Shown here: one piece after another, positions 27,069 to 37,914 of the stretch
Position numbering within the stretch: position 1 is the stretch's first letter
Layout of the letters: the number at the start of each line of letters is the position of its first letter
DNA from: a virus
Lineage: Duplodnaviria; Caudoviricetes
Virus record (IMG/VR): IMGVR_UViG_3300030102_005689
Coordinates: 1 to 58,657 of that record
DNA length: 58,657 nt
Direction: 5' to 3' (one strand)
Made by a program: the position numbers and the translations under genes
Notes under the pieces: generated by a model
Database searches by the model: none
The model's input: the letters and a program-made list of their open reading frames with translations, nothing else
What the model was told of the DNA's origin: nothing

Positions 27069-28271
27069 ATGGCCACATCCACTCAATCTTATTTAGGTAG
27101 GGGCAGAAACATTGTCCGACGATTAAGGAAAGATGGTCAGACAGCGGCAGCTTCGGCAGTTAGCACTAGGTTAGCTCAAATGGAGCTAGAAGGTCGTGGG
27201 GGTCGCCTTTCAAGAGAAGCGCGGGACGCTCAGTCAATGCTCGACAGCATTACTCAGTTGGCTAGATTACGTTCTTCTCAGCCAGGGCATTCTTACGAGG
27301 AGGATATTCTTCCCTTAAAACATGCTATTGATGGTGTTGCTTTTGGAGTTTCTGATCCCATAGAGCGTGAAGAAATACGAGGACCAGCTATGGCTGCGTT
27401 TAACACAGCTTCTGATGAAGCATTTAAATCACAGCAGGCTGTCCAAGGATTACGCGCCAGAGATTTAAGTATGGAGCAAGCTGAGATGGGCTTAACGGCT
27501 GCGGCAGACAAACTCGAAAAAATCAGAGATGCTGAAGCTAGGTCACAAGAAATGGGAAATATTTTAGGTGATATTGTAAATTCCCCAGGCTCTTCTACTG
27601 ATAGGGCTAAAAAAATGTTTTCACATGTGGTGAAGAACCCGCAATTTTACAGCACAGATATTGGTGAAGCTATGCATAAGAGCGCGCTTTCGGCAGCCGG
27701 TATAGAGATGAGTCCGCTAAAGCAAGACTTATTATCTTATGCAACAAGAGTTAACTCCCCTACAGCTATTAAAGCGTTATTGGCAGAATCCGATCTTCCT
27801 GAAAATATTAAGCAATCTATGGTTGAAGCTGCAACAGAAGAGAATCGTAGAAAAGAGGCTATAGCAAGGAGCTATAATAAGAGTGGTGGCAAGTGGGTTG
27901 AAAATAATTTTAAGGTAGCTACTGATGCATATAACAAGGCTTTGATGTCTAGCGCGAAAAGCAGCACTATTGTTAATGCATCAAACTTGGTAATTCAAGT
28001 TGCTCAGAAGTTTGGTTTTACAGATCCAATTATTCTTGAGCTTAAAAAAGCATTGGAAGCTCCCGTTGAAGAAGATAAAAGAGGTCTTTCAAGAACTTCA
28101 GCGGTTTTACTTGAAAAATTGCAAGCTGCTTACTCTGCGTTAAGTTTCTTTGTAAATGATTTGGAAGCTGCTCGCATGGGCCAGGCTTCACCTGTAAGAT
28201 CACGGCGAGACCCCAGCGTCCGTCCCACTACTAAAATGTCAGGGTTAGGGGTTCCTGCCAGAAATATATAA
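27069..28271 (+). CDS. Putative internal virion protein
   Basis: 400 aa, alpha-helical; precedes the giant gene. Confidence 0.55.
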   Translation: MATSTQSYLGRGRNIVRRLRKDGQTAAASAVSTRLAQMELEGRGGRLSREARDAQSMLDSITQLARLRSSQPGHSYEEDILPLKHAIDGVAFGVSDPIEREEIRGPAMAAFNTASDEAFKSQQAVQGLRARDLSMEQAEMGLTAAADKLEKIRDAEARSQEMGNILGDIVNSPGSSTDRAKKMFSHVVKNPQFYSTDIGEAMHKSALSAAGIEMSPLKQDLLSYATRVNSPTAIKALLAESDLPENIKQSMVEAATEENRRKEAIARSYNKSGGKWVENNFKVATDAYNKALMSSAKSSTIVNASNLVIQVAQKFGFTDPIILELKKALEAPVEEDKRGLSRTSAVLLEKLQAAYSALSFFVNDLEAARMGQASPVRSRRDPSVRPTTKMSGLGVPARNI

Positions 28272-28280
28272 TAAATTGTC

Positions 28281-31200
28281 GTGGCTATACCCAGCACCCT
28301 TGCTCCTGTTCAGGAAACGGAGGATCTCTTTTCTGATCCCAACCAAGACGTTCTTAAATACCCTGAGTGGAAAACAATATATAGTAGAGAGGACACTTCT
28401 ACAGAAGTAGACCTCCCACATTATTTGGATTATTATCGGTTTGAGTTGTTTAAAAACAATTCGCTTACCCGCGAGAAAGAACAGGACATCCAATCTTATT
28501 TTGCTGATTGGTATACAGGGGGAGAGGCTGTAAGCGACGAAGAGTATCAGAACATAGCAGCACAATCGACTGCGTTTGCCCCTAACGAAAAACGCAACGC
28601 CCAGCAGGTTGCGCGTGTATTCGGAGAAGATGTAGCACAGAACTTTTCTAACTTCGATGAGCCTACTCAAACCGATTATTTAAACAGGGCAAGAGAGGCT
28701 CTGTTGGCAAGCGGTGACTTAGCTTTTGCTACAATCATGCGTGACGGGCGCGGGATTGTTAAATCCGGTAATTATGCCACTCAGGGTATCACAGCGGAAA
28801 GACAATTCGCTTCTGGTAATGATGCCCTTGATTCCTTTAATAATGGTGATGTAGATCCCCGCGATATGTGGCAGGTAACCGAAGGGTTAGCTCCCTCAAA
28901 CATCAGTGGTAAAACTATTTTTCAATCTTCTATGGATGAAAAATATTTGGGTGTCATCCAAGATGAACTTTATAAAGAGAGCAAGCAGAAGAATACTCCT
29001 ATACAGGATGCCATCATATCTTCGATAAAGACTGATGAGTTTGACCCTGACTTATGGAAGAGTCCTGTAAAATGGTTTAAAGAATTTTTTGAAGAGGAGC
29101 CTGATAAAATTTCACAAGTCGTTATGGACAAGGTTCCTCCTGAAATGTCTGAAATCCAAGATGTTTTAGTTCAGAGGTTTTCCGACAGTTTAGGCTTAAC
29201 TGATGCACAGTCTTTCGGATTAAACCTTGAAAACAGCAACCGTTACTCTGCTGAACGTATCAACGGTTTTCTAAAAGAGCTTGCCACCAGACATGCTAAT
29301 GAAATGGGTATGTTCAAGCTCCATGATGCGGAGCGTGATTTTAACAATGTCCGTTTGACTGAGATGGGGAATGTGATTGTCCACCCCACAGTCATGAAGA
29401 ACCCAACACGGTTTAAAGAGGTTATTGAAAAAGATAAAAGACTCTCTGACCAACAAAAATTCTTGGCCAAACGAGACCGTGATTTCTTTATTCTTCAACA
29501 GGCTCCGCAGTTTGATAAACTCATGGAAGAGTTTGATGGAGAAGTTGGGGACAAGTGGGTAAAAGCCAAGACGGAGAACCCCGAAGCCTGGTCTAAAAAC
29601 CGTGTCGAGTTTCTGGACAAGTTCCTTTCCGACAAGACTAATTATGACCACAGTAAAAACTACTGGGCCGGTGTCGGCTCCTCTGTTCCTGACGCCTTGT
29701 TTGGTTTAGTTAACAGTGTTGGTGCATTGTTTGGGCTTGAGTTTTCTGCTAACTATTTAGCTGAGTATCAAGCCAAGCAACAGAACAGGAGAGAATTAGC
29801 TGGTCTATTTGGAGAAAACCTTGGTTTTTCTTATGATGCTCTTACAACGGCTCCTGCTGTTGTAGCTGACCTTGCCGCTACTGCTTTAGTTATTCCAAAG
29901 ACTGCTAAGGTGCTTTCGCTTGCTAAGGGTGTTATGTCCCCGCGCAATGGTTTCAAAGCTATGACATCTCGGATGCTTCTACGAGAGGCTGGAGAAAAGG
30001 CTACGCTTACAGCTAATAGAAAAGCTGCCCAAACAGCAATTACAGAATCCACCAAGACAGGAGCCGAAGCGTATAACGCTATTAGTTCATTTAATAAGTT
30101 GGTTGGAAGCAAGTTGAATGTAGGAACAGCAGTTTTCCTTACATCTGCCAACCGCAGTGCTGGTGGAATGTACGCCACAATTTATTCTTCGATGCCCGAA
30201 GATATGTCTCATGAGGAGAAGCACGATAAGGCTTTAGGTCATGCACTACTTGGTGGCTTGATAACTGGTGTAGTTACTTCCGGTTTCACTGCAATTGGTG
30301 CAGGCGGTATTGAGAATGTATTCACCAGAGGACTTTCTTTCAGTGCGGCAAAGCGAGTCTTGGACAAGATTGGCGACCCAGGTTTCCTTACTGATGAGGG
30401 TTTGAAGAGACTTTTAAAGAAGCATATTTCTTCACAGACTAAGAAATTGTTTTTTGAGAAAGGAGCAGGTCTTGTGACCCGTGTTGGAGTGAGCGCACTT
30501 CAAGAGGGTGTAGAGGAAGGAATTGATCAGTGGGCACAGTCTTTTGTGGAGGATTCAGCCCTTCAACGAAATACTCCAATGAGGGATCGTGTCATGCACA
30601 CTGTCCATGCCTTCAAGCTAGGTGCCGTAATGGGTGCTGGTGTTAATGTCATAGCTCCCGCAGGAGGTTCTGTGTGGAAGCGTATGCAGAAAACAATGGG
30701 GCGTGAAAAAGCCCTTGAGGAAGACGAAACAATATTCCTTTTTGAACAAGTTCAAAAGGCCGCAGACGTTTTGGAGCGCGCAGACTCTCCACAGAGTGCG
30801 GCTAGATTGCGTGAGTTAGTTTTTGAAAAGTTCACTAAAGAGCTTGCTTCTAAAGAGTCTCCACTCCCACGCACTGAAGTCGCCACAGAAGAAGAGGAAG
30901 AGTTAGAGATTAAGTTCCCTGAAGAAGAAACCGCTATACCTTTAAGTGACAAACAGCGCGGGGAACATGCCGCTACGGTTGCTGTTGCAAACACATCTCT
31001 TAACGAAGATTCAGATGTTGATATTGATTCCCTTCCTGTTCTTAACCCTGACTCTCTTGAGTTTGCAAAAGCTGTCAACGATCCCAATTATAATATTGAT
31101 CCAGACGGAACAATTAGAGGAGTAGTAGACCCCAAAACGGATGAGTGGGTAGGAGCTAAACCAGCGGAAACCGCAGAAGAAGAAGCAGAGGAAGCCTTGG

Positions 31201-34200
31201 CAGACGTTGCAGCAGAAGCTACAGAGGAAGCCTCGGCAGATGTTGCAGCAGAACCTACAGAGGAAGAAGCAGAGGAAGAAGCAGAGGAAGAAGCAGAGGA
31301 AGAAGCAGAGGAAGTTACTCCGCCACTGGGTAAGGTCAAAAAAGGTGCTTTTCCTAAAGGACTTTCTTCTGCTGACTACACAGACCCAAGTCGTATTAAA
31401 GATGCTGTTTCCCTTTGGCTTAATGTTAACGATGGAGCCATATTCAAGCGTTTTAGAACGCTGGGAATTGAGGTAAAAATTGACCCTGAATTTGGGCACA
31501 CTAACCCTGAAACCGGTGAGCTAACTAAACTTCCTGCGGGGGTTGAAGTTATCACTGAGGGGGAAGACCAAAACAAGATTGTATTTTGGGTTAACCCCGA
31601 CAAGTTAGCCAGTGACTTAACTAGGGAGAAAGATGACACAAGAGCCAGTGCTTTCGATGCACTCATGGCCCATGAGTTGGCGCATATTGCGGAAGCATCC
31701 TACTTAAAAAGTAAATGGAAGAAGAGTAACTCTGCCGTTGATTTCCATCAATACTATTTAAGAGAGCGCACCAAAATTTATGACAGTCTAGAAGACAAGC
31801 ATAGTGATATTCTTAGGGCTTCAGTTGCGACCTATTTAAGAATGGATGAGACCGCTGTTGTCTTACCAGGGGAAGAAGATTCTTCGGGTAAGAAAGCGAC
31901 CATGGAAAAGGAGCAGATTATTTCTGAGGTGGTTCGCTTTGCAATGGATGCCAAAAGGCGCGGTAAACTACAGGAACAAGCCTTCAAGGGTATGACCTTG
32001 TCTTCAAAGCTCTATTTATACATTGAGGGCATCCTTGATTTTATTAATAAGAATCTTCTCAAGAAAAAACTTATAGGAACTAATAATGTTAAGGAGCTTA
32101 GAGAACATGTTAAGAGTGTTGGGGAGGAACTTAGTAAGTATTATACAGCTAGAAATTTAACTAAGAGTCTTAGCCAAAAAATAGATCGGTTAGCCAAAAT
32201 AGAAAAAGAAGAAAAAGCCCTTCAAAAAGAAGCAGAAAAAGCCGAAAAGAAAAAGGGGGAGTGGGTTGCGAATGAAGATAAAACTCTTCATGACTCTCCT
32301 GAGATTGACGGAGTCCGCAGGGATCAGATTAAAAAAGAGGGGGAAGAGTGGCAACTTATTATTGATGGAGCTACACAAGAAAAGACTTACGGCTCCTTGG
32401 GTGCCGCTAAAGGAGCTTACCCAAAGGTTCTTGAAGCTATTGCAAACCCGATACCTGAAATCTCTGACAGCACTATACCGGCAACTGATGCGGATCAAGC
32501 ATACCTTGATGCACACGAATTGCGTAATAGGGAGATTAATAACTTTAGTGCTGCTGCTCAAAGAAGAAGGCAGGCTCAAAGCACAGAGATGGCTACACAA
32601 CTTCTCTTGGCTTCAGGTCAATTGACTGAAAACCAAGTAGGGATCCTGCGTGAGTATCATAACGCCTTGTTAGAATTAAGGCAGATCACAAAGGCGAAAG
32701 CTAATCCCGATGAACAAATCAAAAAGGTTAAGGAGATAATCAGCAAGGGCAGGAGTTGGACTGCATGGAAAAAAGATGCTTTAATTTTTAAAGTAGGTTC
32801 AAAAGGAGGGATAACAAATTTCAAAGAAGACTTTGATGCATATGCAAAAGGCTTCTTGGCGGCGGCAATTAGAGAGAAAAAGATAGAAGGAAAACCTGAG
32901 ATTACTGTTACTGATAGGGATCTCCCTGTTGTGCCCTCGAAAAGATTTACTAAGCCAACAAAGCGTCTTGTGGTTGGTATGGCTCCTTCTGAAAATGCGG
33001 ATGTTCCGGTAGAGGACACTGCTGCCCAGCCCGTTGATGAGGCTACTCAAGAACCTATGCTGGAGGTTCCCGTTATGCCTGTCCATTTGGACATGTCTTT
33101 GTTGGAAGACATGAAGGTTTATTCAGGAGCTTCTATTTCCGAGCAAGAGTCTGTGGTTCAGGATAAAGCACACTTTATCAAAGCACTCTCAGAAGAGCAT
33201 TTTAATATAGAGGTTACTACAGACAGGCAAGGGGATGAGGACTCAAGCTACAGGGATCATGATGCAGTTCGATTTCAGAATATTGATGGTAACCTAACTG
33301 CTGTGGTTAACCCGCTTGGTGTTGCCAAACTTGTTGACGGAAAAGCTGAAGCGGATTCTGATGCTACAATAGCTTTTCATTTTATTACAAAGCTGCACCA
33401 GCATAAAATTTTAGAACAACTTTCACAACAAGAACTAGACTCAGTAGGGCAACTAGGAAGTGAGGAATTGATGCGCGTAGGGCGTGAGCTACTCCCTAGA
33501 CAGGTAAGCTCCAAACTAGATGGCGCGCTGGATAATACGAATACTACCGTTAAATTTATTCTAGGTGATATAGTCACCAAGGTATCTGATGATACACTCA
33601 CTCTTGATGACATCTCTCTTATAGAGAGCAACCCCGAACTTGCTACTTTAACTACAGACGTTTTAACAAAACTGTATGTTGAGACCAAGAAGACTATCTC
33701 AGGGTTCCCTAACCTTGACGCAAATGAGTCCTCCTTAGCTGTTACCAACAAGGGCTTTAATTACTTGGCGGCTAACCTTTCTCAGTTAGCTAGAACCATT
33801 AATGATTTAAACAGCCGGCATGGGATTCCTTATCAGTCTCAAACTCAAAAACTACTCGACCCAAATGATGTAGACATAAGCGGAGACGCAATCATCGATG
33901 CGTTGGAAGAGCAGTCAAAGCCATCATCCCTTATGCTGTTCGCACAGTCACCGGATACGGCTACTGAAGAGCAGGAAGCTCTTATAGATGAGGAGACAAA
34001 GAAGGAGATTGAGAACATCGAAGCACTGCTGGAACTGGGCATATGGGAGTCTGGAGAATACAAAGCCCCAGGGAAAGGACAGCCTGGTTTTGTTCAAAAG
34101 TTGCGCCAGCTTTTTGAAGGAACCGCAGACCCTAATTTAAGGAGGATCAAACAACATAATGAGGGATTCTTCCAGTATATAAATAAGGTAATGGGTGATT

Positions 34201-37200
34201 GGTCTAGGATTTCTGAGCGTCTTATTAACGAGGCTTACGGTTCCTTTGAGCAAGCTAGAGCAGTAGGAGGAGCGCAGGATATAATGGATGCCTCTGGATC
34301 TACTGAAGGTTATACCCTAAAGGATTCGTTTATTAACAAATTGAACAAACAGTATGAGGAAACTAGGAAGGCTGTTGAAAGAGATATAAAAGACGACCCT
34401 AAGTTAAAGGCAGCCTACATCAAACGCGCTCGACAGCTACGCCAAAAGAGAATTGACGACGAGATTGAAAGTCAAAAGAATAAGATTAAGCGTAGAAGAT
34501 TAGCTGCTTTATCTAGAATACGACAGCGGTCACCTGAACTTTACCAGCACTTAATAAACATGCGTGGTTTGGTTGACACAATGTCAAAGAAGATCAGAGA
34601 CGGTTTAGGGCTTAATGAAAAACTAAAGATTAAGTTCACTAAACAGTTGGAGGTGTATCTTACACGTTCCTACAGAATTTTCTCTCAGCCTGGTTGGAAG
34701 GAGATGATCCTTACTAGTGACCACTCTGATGTGGTTCAAGCAAGAGAGGCCGCTAAACTAGAGTATGCCAAGCTGTGGAAGCAAAAGAAGCGCGAAGAAC
34801 TATTCGATAAGTATTCTAAGAACCGTCCAGAAGGATCGGAAGAGCTTAGTTCAGATGATTTGTGGCAACAGGCTACAGATGAAGCTGAAAAGCAATTTAA
34901 TATTAAAGTGAGCGAAAGGGCTGCGCGAGGCGAAGACTTTGCTGACAGCTTAATGCGCGAGCAGTTGGACAAGTATGAACTTGGAGCGACTGATGTTTTA
35001 CACCGCAAGGATAATATACCTGCTCCGATACGGAAGATATTAGGAGAGTATGGAGGAGAAACAGGTGACTTTAATCTGATGCGAACTTTCCTGAATGTTA
35101 GTTCCCTTGCTGCTAAACAGTCATTGGCGTCTAACATTATCAGTGCCGGTAGGACAGGGGAGGGAACTGCTAATGAGGATCGTTCACAGTGGTGGTTCTT
35201 TACTCAGAAGGAGCGGGACGAAATGAATGACAGTAGTTCACAGTTCTACAATCCAGAACTGTATGCCAAGCTGTCAACTTGGGGTTATGTCAATTCCGTT
35301 GATAAAAACATGGCAGGCCCCAGTGAGTTCAACCCCTTCTTGAATTTTATTAAAGATGGAGAAAATCAAGGAACTCTCATAGCTTCGCCTGAAGTTCAGA
35401 ATGAATTACGGGCGATGTTTGTTAAGCAGAGCGAACACGACCCTGTTAGAAAGCTGACTGAGAAACTTGATACAGGTTTCCGTAAAGCTGTTGGGTGGTC
35501 ATTGATGTCCAAGACAATAGGTAGCGGACCCTTCTATTCAAGAAACATAGTATCAAACCTTGCTTTCTTTTCTTTGGCACAGGGCATGGCCCCTACGGGA
35601 GTAACAAAATTGTTTTCAGAGCTTAACCGTCTGTTTATACAGAACAACAAACCAAAAGCCATGGATGCCTATATCCATCGCTTGGTAGGTTACCGTATCC
35701 TAGATAATGATTTTACGGTGGGTATGATGGAAGACATCCTTGCAGGTAAGACAACACCTGAGTCTCTCTTAGCAGAGACTAATCAAGCGATTGATGATGC
35801 CATGGAGAAGCAAGGCATTCCCAAAGTGGACTATGCCACAAGTTTTTCTGCGCTTAGAAGTAAGCTCGAAAAGGTAGGTGACTTAGCTGAACTTACTGTA
35901 GGGGATCCTGTAATCAGCAGACTTAAAAATCTTTCAATTGCGTGTGATTCATTTTACAAAATTGCTTATTTTGAGAAGGAGTTGAAAACTCTGAGGGGTG
36001 CCCGTGAGGAAGATCAAAAGAAAAACAAGGACACCCTCATGGCGAATGCCACTGATAATAAACTGGAGAGGTTGGCTGCCGATAAAGTTTTAATGACGGC
36101 TCAATCTTGGAGCCAAGCAATGAACTTTGGTAAGGCATTCCAGAACTCAGCGTTGGGAGTTACTCTTGCCCCTTACTTGCGATTTAAGCTGGAGGTTGTT
36201 CGTATCGTTGCCAATACATACAAGCTGGGAACTCAGGAAGTTAGAAGCGGAAATTCTGTTCTTGTAAGGCGCGGTATGCGCCGTCTTGCAGGTATGACTA
36301 CTGCATTAACCAGTTTCTCAGTCCTTGCAAAAACACTGGGTCAGTGGTCGGTTAACCTTATTGCTGAACTATTAGGGCACGAAGAAGCTGATGACCTAAC
36401 AGATGAGATGAAGGAGACCTTGCTCGCGGGAGTCCCACCATTCTTAAAAACGCACACGTTTTATTACACCCGCGATAAAGAGGGCAATTTGATTTCTTGG
36501 GATCTTACCTACCTAAATCCCTTTGCCATGTATACCGATGCGTTGCCACAGTTTTGGTCACATGCTACAGCGGGTCGCATGGGGGATGCTTTCGGTGCTG
36601 TATTTAAAACGGCTGTTGCGGTCCCCTTCATGGAGGGTCAGATACTGACAAGTGCTGTGGGGTCTGTTGCTAGGAACAAGGATTCCAGGGATAACCCGAT
36701 TTGGTTGGAGACAGATAACTTCTTAGAAAGAACTATTAAACAAATTGGTTACGTTTACCAACAGGCTTATGAGCCACCAACTTTGGCTCGCCTTGGGGGC
36801 ATACGTCTTGGCTACACCCAAGAAGAAGGATTTGACCTTAGAGTGTTGGATAAATTGTTTGCCTCTATTCAGGCCGGTAGGGAAGGCGATTGGTTTAACT
36901 CACCATTAGGTTTGATGATGGGTGAGGTTATGTTCGTGAAAGGACATAGGGTTGACCCACAAAACACAGCATTCCGTATCATGCAGGGTCTGGCCAAGGA
37001 CAAGGACTCTATTAGGAGTATGATTAACAGGCTTGCCAGTGACCGTTTGATGAGTGAGGAACAGATAGAGTCCCTAACCAACCAGTATATCAATGTGCAG
37101 ATGCGTCTTGCAAAGCGCGCAATGAAACATTGGCAGCCTTTGCTTGATCTTGGTGTTGACCCTGAGTGGCAGCTGAATGCCTTAAACAGGCAGTTTGGGG

Positions 37201-37373
37201 CAGACAATGTTGAGAGTATGGTATTTGATGGTCAACTCAACATCAAAGGATTGAGCAACTACATTCAGGACTTAATAGCCCAAAACCCGAAAGAGGATGT
37301 TCGCGAGAGACTGCTACAGTTTGAACGTCTCTTCTATGAGAAGACCGAAGGTGGTAATTTAAATTTACCTTAA
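28281..37373 (+). CDS. Giant (3030 aa) internal virion / polyvalent-type protein
   Basis: Uninterrupted ORF; Gly/Ala hydrophobic region with QEGVEEGIDQ, acidic linker, HELAH zincin motif. Confidence 0.7.
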   Translation: MAIPSTLAPVQETEDLFSDPNQDVLKYPEWKTIYSREDTSTEVDLPHYLDYYRFELFKNNSLTREKEQDIQSYFADWYTGGEAVSDEEYQNIAAQSTAFAPNEKRNAQQVARVFGEDVAQNFSNFDEPTQTDYLNRAREALLASGDLAFATIMRDGRGIVKSGNYATQGITAERQFASGNDALDSFNNGDVDPRDMWQVTEGLAPSNISGKTIFQSSMDEKYLGVIQDELYKESKQKNTPIQDAIISSIKTDEFDPDLWKSPVKWFKEFFEEEPDKISQVVMDKVPPEMSEIQDVLVQRFSDSLGLTDAQSFGLNLENSNRYSAERINGFLKELATRHANEMGMFKLHDAERDFNNVRLTEMGNVIVHPTVMKNPTRFKEVIEKDKRLSDQQKFLAKRDRDFFILQQAPQFDKLMEEFDGEVGDKWVKAKTENPEAWSKNRVEFLDKFLSDKTNYDHSKNYWAGVGSSVPDALFGLVNSVGALFGLEFSANYLAEYQAKQQNRRELAGLFGENLGFSYDALTTAPAVVADLAATALVIPKTAKVLSLAKGVMSPRNGFKAMTSRMLLREAGEKATLTANRKAAQTAITESTKTGAEAYNAISSFNKLVGSKLNVGTAVFLTSANRSAGGMYATIYSSMPEDMSHEEKHDKALGHALLGGLITGVVTSGFTAIGAGGIENVFTRGLSFSAAKRVLDKIGDPGFLTDEGLKRLLKKHISSQTKKLFFEKGAGLVTRVGVSALQEGVEEGIDQWAQSFVEDSALQRNTPMRDRVMHTVHAFKLGAVMGAGVNVIAPAGGSVWKRMQKTMGREKALEEDETIFLFEQVQKAADVLERADSPQSAARLRELVFEKFTKELASKESPLPRTEVATEEEEELEIKFPEEETAIPLSDKQRGEHAATVAVANTSLNEDSDVDIDSLPVLNPDSLEFAKAVNDPNYNIDPDGTIRGVVDPKTDEWVGAKPAETAEEEAEEALADVAAEATEEASADVAAEPTEEEAEEEAEEEAEEEAEEVTPPLGKVKKGAFPKGLSSADYTDPSRIKDAVSLWLNVNDGAIFKRFRTLGIEVKIDPEFGHTNPETGELTKLPAGVEVITEGEDQNKIVFWVNPDKLASDLTREKDDTRASAFDALMAHELAHIAEASYLKSKWKKSNSAVDFHQYYLRERTKIYDSLEDKHSDILRASVATYLRMDETAVVLPGEEDSSGKKATMEKEQIISEVVRFAMDAKRRGKLQEQAFKGMTLSSKLYLYIEGILDFINKNLLKKKLIGTNNVKELREHVKSVGEELSKYYTARNLTKSLSQKIDRLAKIEKEEKALQKEAEKAEKKKGEWVANEDKTLHDSPEIDGVRRDQIKKEGEEWQLIIDGATQEKTYGSLGAAKGAYPKVLEAIANPIPEISDSTIPATDADQAYLDAHELRNREINNFSAAAQRRRQAQSTEMATQLLLASGQLTENQVGILREYHNALLELRQITKAKANPDEQIKKVKEIISKGRSWTAWKKDALIFKVGSKGGITNFKEDFDAYAKGFLAAAIREKKIEGKPEITVTDRDLPVVPSKRFTKPTKRLVVGMAPSENADVPVEDTAAQPVDEATQEPMLEVPVMPVHLDMSLLEDMKVYSGASISEQESVVQDKAHFIKALSEEHFNIEVTTDRQGDEDSSYRDHDAVRFQNIDGNLTAVVNPLGVAKLVDGKAEADSDATIAFHFITKLHQHKILEQLSQQELDSVGQLGSEELMRVGRELLPRQVSSKLDGALDNTNTTVKFILGDIVTKVSDDTLTLDDISLIESNPELATLTTDVLTKLYVETKKTISGFPNLDANESSLAVTNKGFNYLAANLSQLARTINDLNSRHGIPYQSQTQKLLDPNDVDISGDAIIDALEEQSKPSSLMLFAQSPDTATEEQEALIDEETKKEIENIEALLELGIWESGEYKAPGKGQPGFVQKLRQLFEGTADPNLRRIKQHNEGFFQYINKVMGDWSRISERLINEAYGSFEQARAVGGAQDIMDASGSTEGYTLKDSFINKLNKQYEETRKAVERDIKDDPKLKAAYIKRARQLRQKRIDDEIESQKNKIKRRRLAALSRIRQRSPELYQHLINMRGLVDTMSKKIRDGLGLNEKLKIKFTKQLEVYLTRSYRIFSQPGWKEMILTSDHSDVVQAREAAKLEYAKLWKQKKREELFDKYSKNRPEGSEELSSDDLWQQATDEAEKQFNIKVSERAARGEDFADSLMREQLDKYELGATDVLHRKDNIPAPIRKILGEYGGETGDFNLMRTFLNVSSLAAKQSLASNIISAGRTGEGTANEDRSQWWFFTQKERDEMNDSSSQFYNPELYAKLSTWGYVNSVDKNMAGPSEFNPFLNFIKDGENQGTLIASPEVQNELRAMFVKQSEHDPVRKLTEKLDTGFRKAVGWSLMSKTIGSGPFYSRNIVSNLAFFSLAQGMAPTGVTKLFSELNRLFIQNNKPKAMDAYIHRLVGYRILDNDFTVGMMEDILAGKTTPESLLAETNQAIDDAMEKQGIPKVDYATSFSALRSKLEKVGDLAELTVGDPVISRLKNLSIACDSFYKIAYFEKELKTLRGAREEDQKKNKDTLMANATDNKLERLAADKVLMTAQSWSQAMNFGKAFQNSALGVTLAPYLRFKLEVVRIVANTYKLGTQEVRSGNSVLVRRGMRRLAGMTTALTSFSVLAKTLGQWSVNLIAELLGHEEADDLTDEMKETLLAGVPPFLKTHTFYYTRDKEGNLISWDLTYLNPFAMYTDALPQFWSHATAGRMGDAFGAVFKTAVAVPFMEGQILTSAVGSVARNKDSRDNPIWLETDNFLERTIKQIGYVYQQAYEPPTLARLGGIRLGYTQEEGFDLRVLDKLFASIQAGREGDWFNSPLGLMMGEVMFVKGHRVDPQNTAFRIMQGLAKDKDSIRSMINRLASDRLMSEEQIESLTNQYINVQMRLAKRAMKHWQPLLDLGVDPEWQLNALNRQFGADNVESMVFDGQLNIKGLSNYIQDLIAQNPKEDVRERLLQFERLFYEKTEGGNLNLP
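31170..31315 (+). repeat. Acidic linker repeats (EEEA)n and ADVAAE x2
   Basis: GAGGAAGAAGCA 12-mer x~4 plus two GCAGAYGTTGCAGCAGAA units. Confidence 0.9.
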
Positions 37374-37380
37374 AAGACGT

Positions 37381-37407
37381 AGCCCCACCCCCTTTCGAGG
37401 GTGAGGC
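37381..37407. terminator. Hairpin between convergent gene blocks
   Basis: AGCCCCACCCC-TTTCG-AGGGTGAGGCT. Confidence 0.55.
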
Positions 37408-37439
37408 TCGTATGTCCAAGACAGCCAATGAAGGCAAAT

Positions 37440-37811
37440 TTATTTAGATAGGTAGCACCATTTCTCAATATTGGCTACCCATTCATCACGGTTTCCTTTA
37501 ACAGATAAAGTTATTTTCTGAGGGACTCCACCCATCTCTTCAGTAGATGTGTAGAACTCTTCTTCAGAGGACACCTTATTAATCATGTCCTCAGTGCTTA
37601 TATCTTTGTTATTTGATGTGGCCAACTCCACCCCAGTTAACTGATCCAATAAGTCTTCTAAGGGGATTAGGAAGAAGGGCGCATTGCGTCCACGCTTTCC
37701 TTTCTCCTTGAAGCTCACTACTGACTGCCTGTTACCAGGGTCAAGGGTCACATAGTATTCTTTCCCGTTGAGCTTTACCTCACGGGTTATCGGTTTTGTT
37801 AGTTTCGTCAT
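37440..37811 (-). CDS. Hypothetical protein
   Basis: 123 aa, last gene of the early block. Confidence 0.75.
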   Translation of the reverse strand: MTKLTKPITREVKLNGKEYYVTLDPGNRQSVVSFKEKGKRGRNAPFFLIPLEDLLDQLTGVELATSNNKDISTEDMINKVSSEEEFYTSTEEMGGVPQKITLSVKGNRDEWVANIEKWCYLSK

Positions 37812-37914
37812 TGCTTTCTTTTCTGTTTAGGTAAAGGCACCATAGTATCAAAGCGATACCATGTGCCGGTAGGATTGAGATTTGCAAGATCCCTTGTATT
37901 TGTTCTGGTGTCAT
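37780..37914 (-). CDS. Small membrane peptide starting MTPEQI
   Basis: ATG 37914 is TAATG-coupled; hydrophobic segment. Confidence 0.55.
   Translation of the reverse strand: MTPEQIQGILQISILPAHGIALILWCLYLNRKESNDETNKTDNP

Noticed and set aside
29243-37207. Many minus-strand ORFs inside the giant gene, and similar ones within the portal and capsid genes
   Set aside because: Typical antisense shadows of biased codon usage; low-complexity translations
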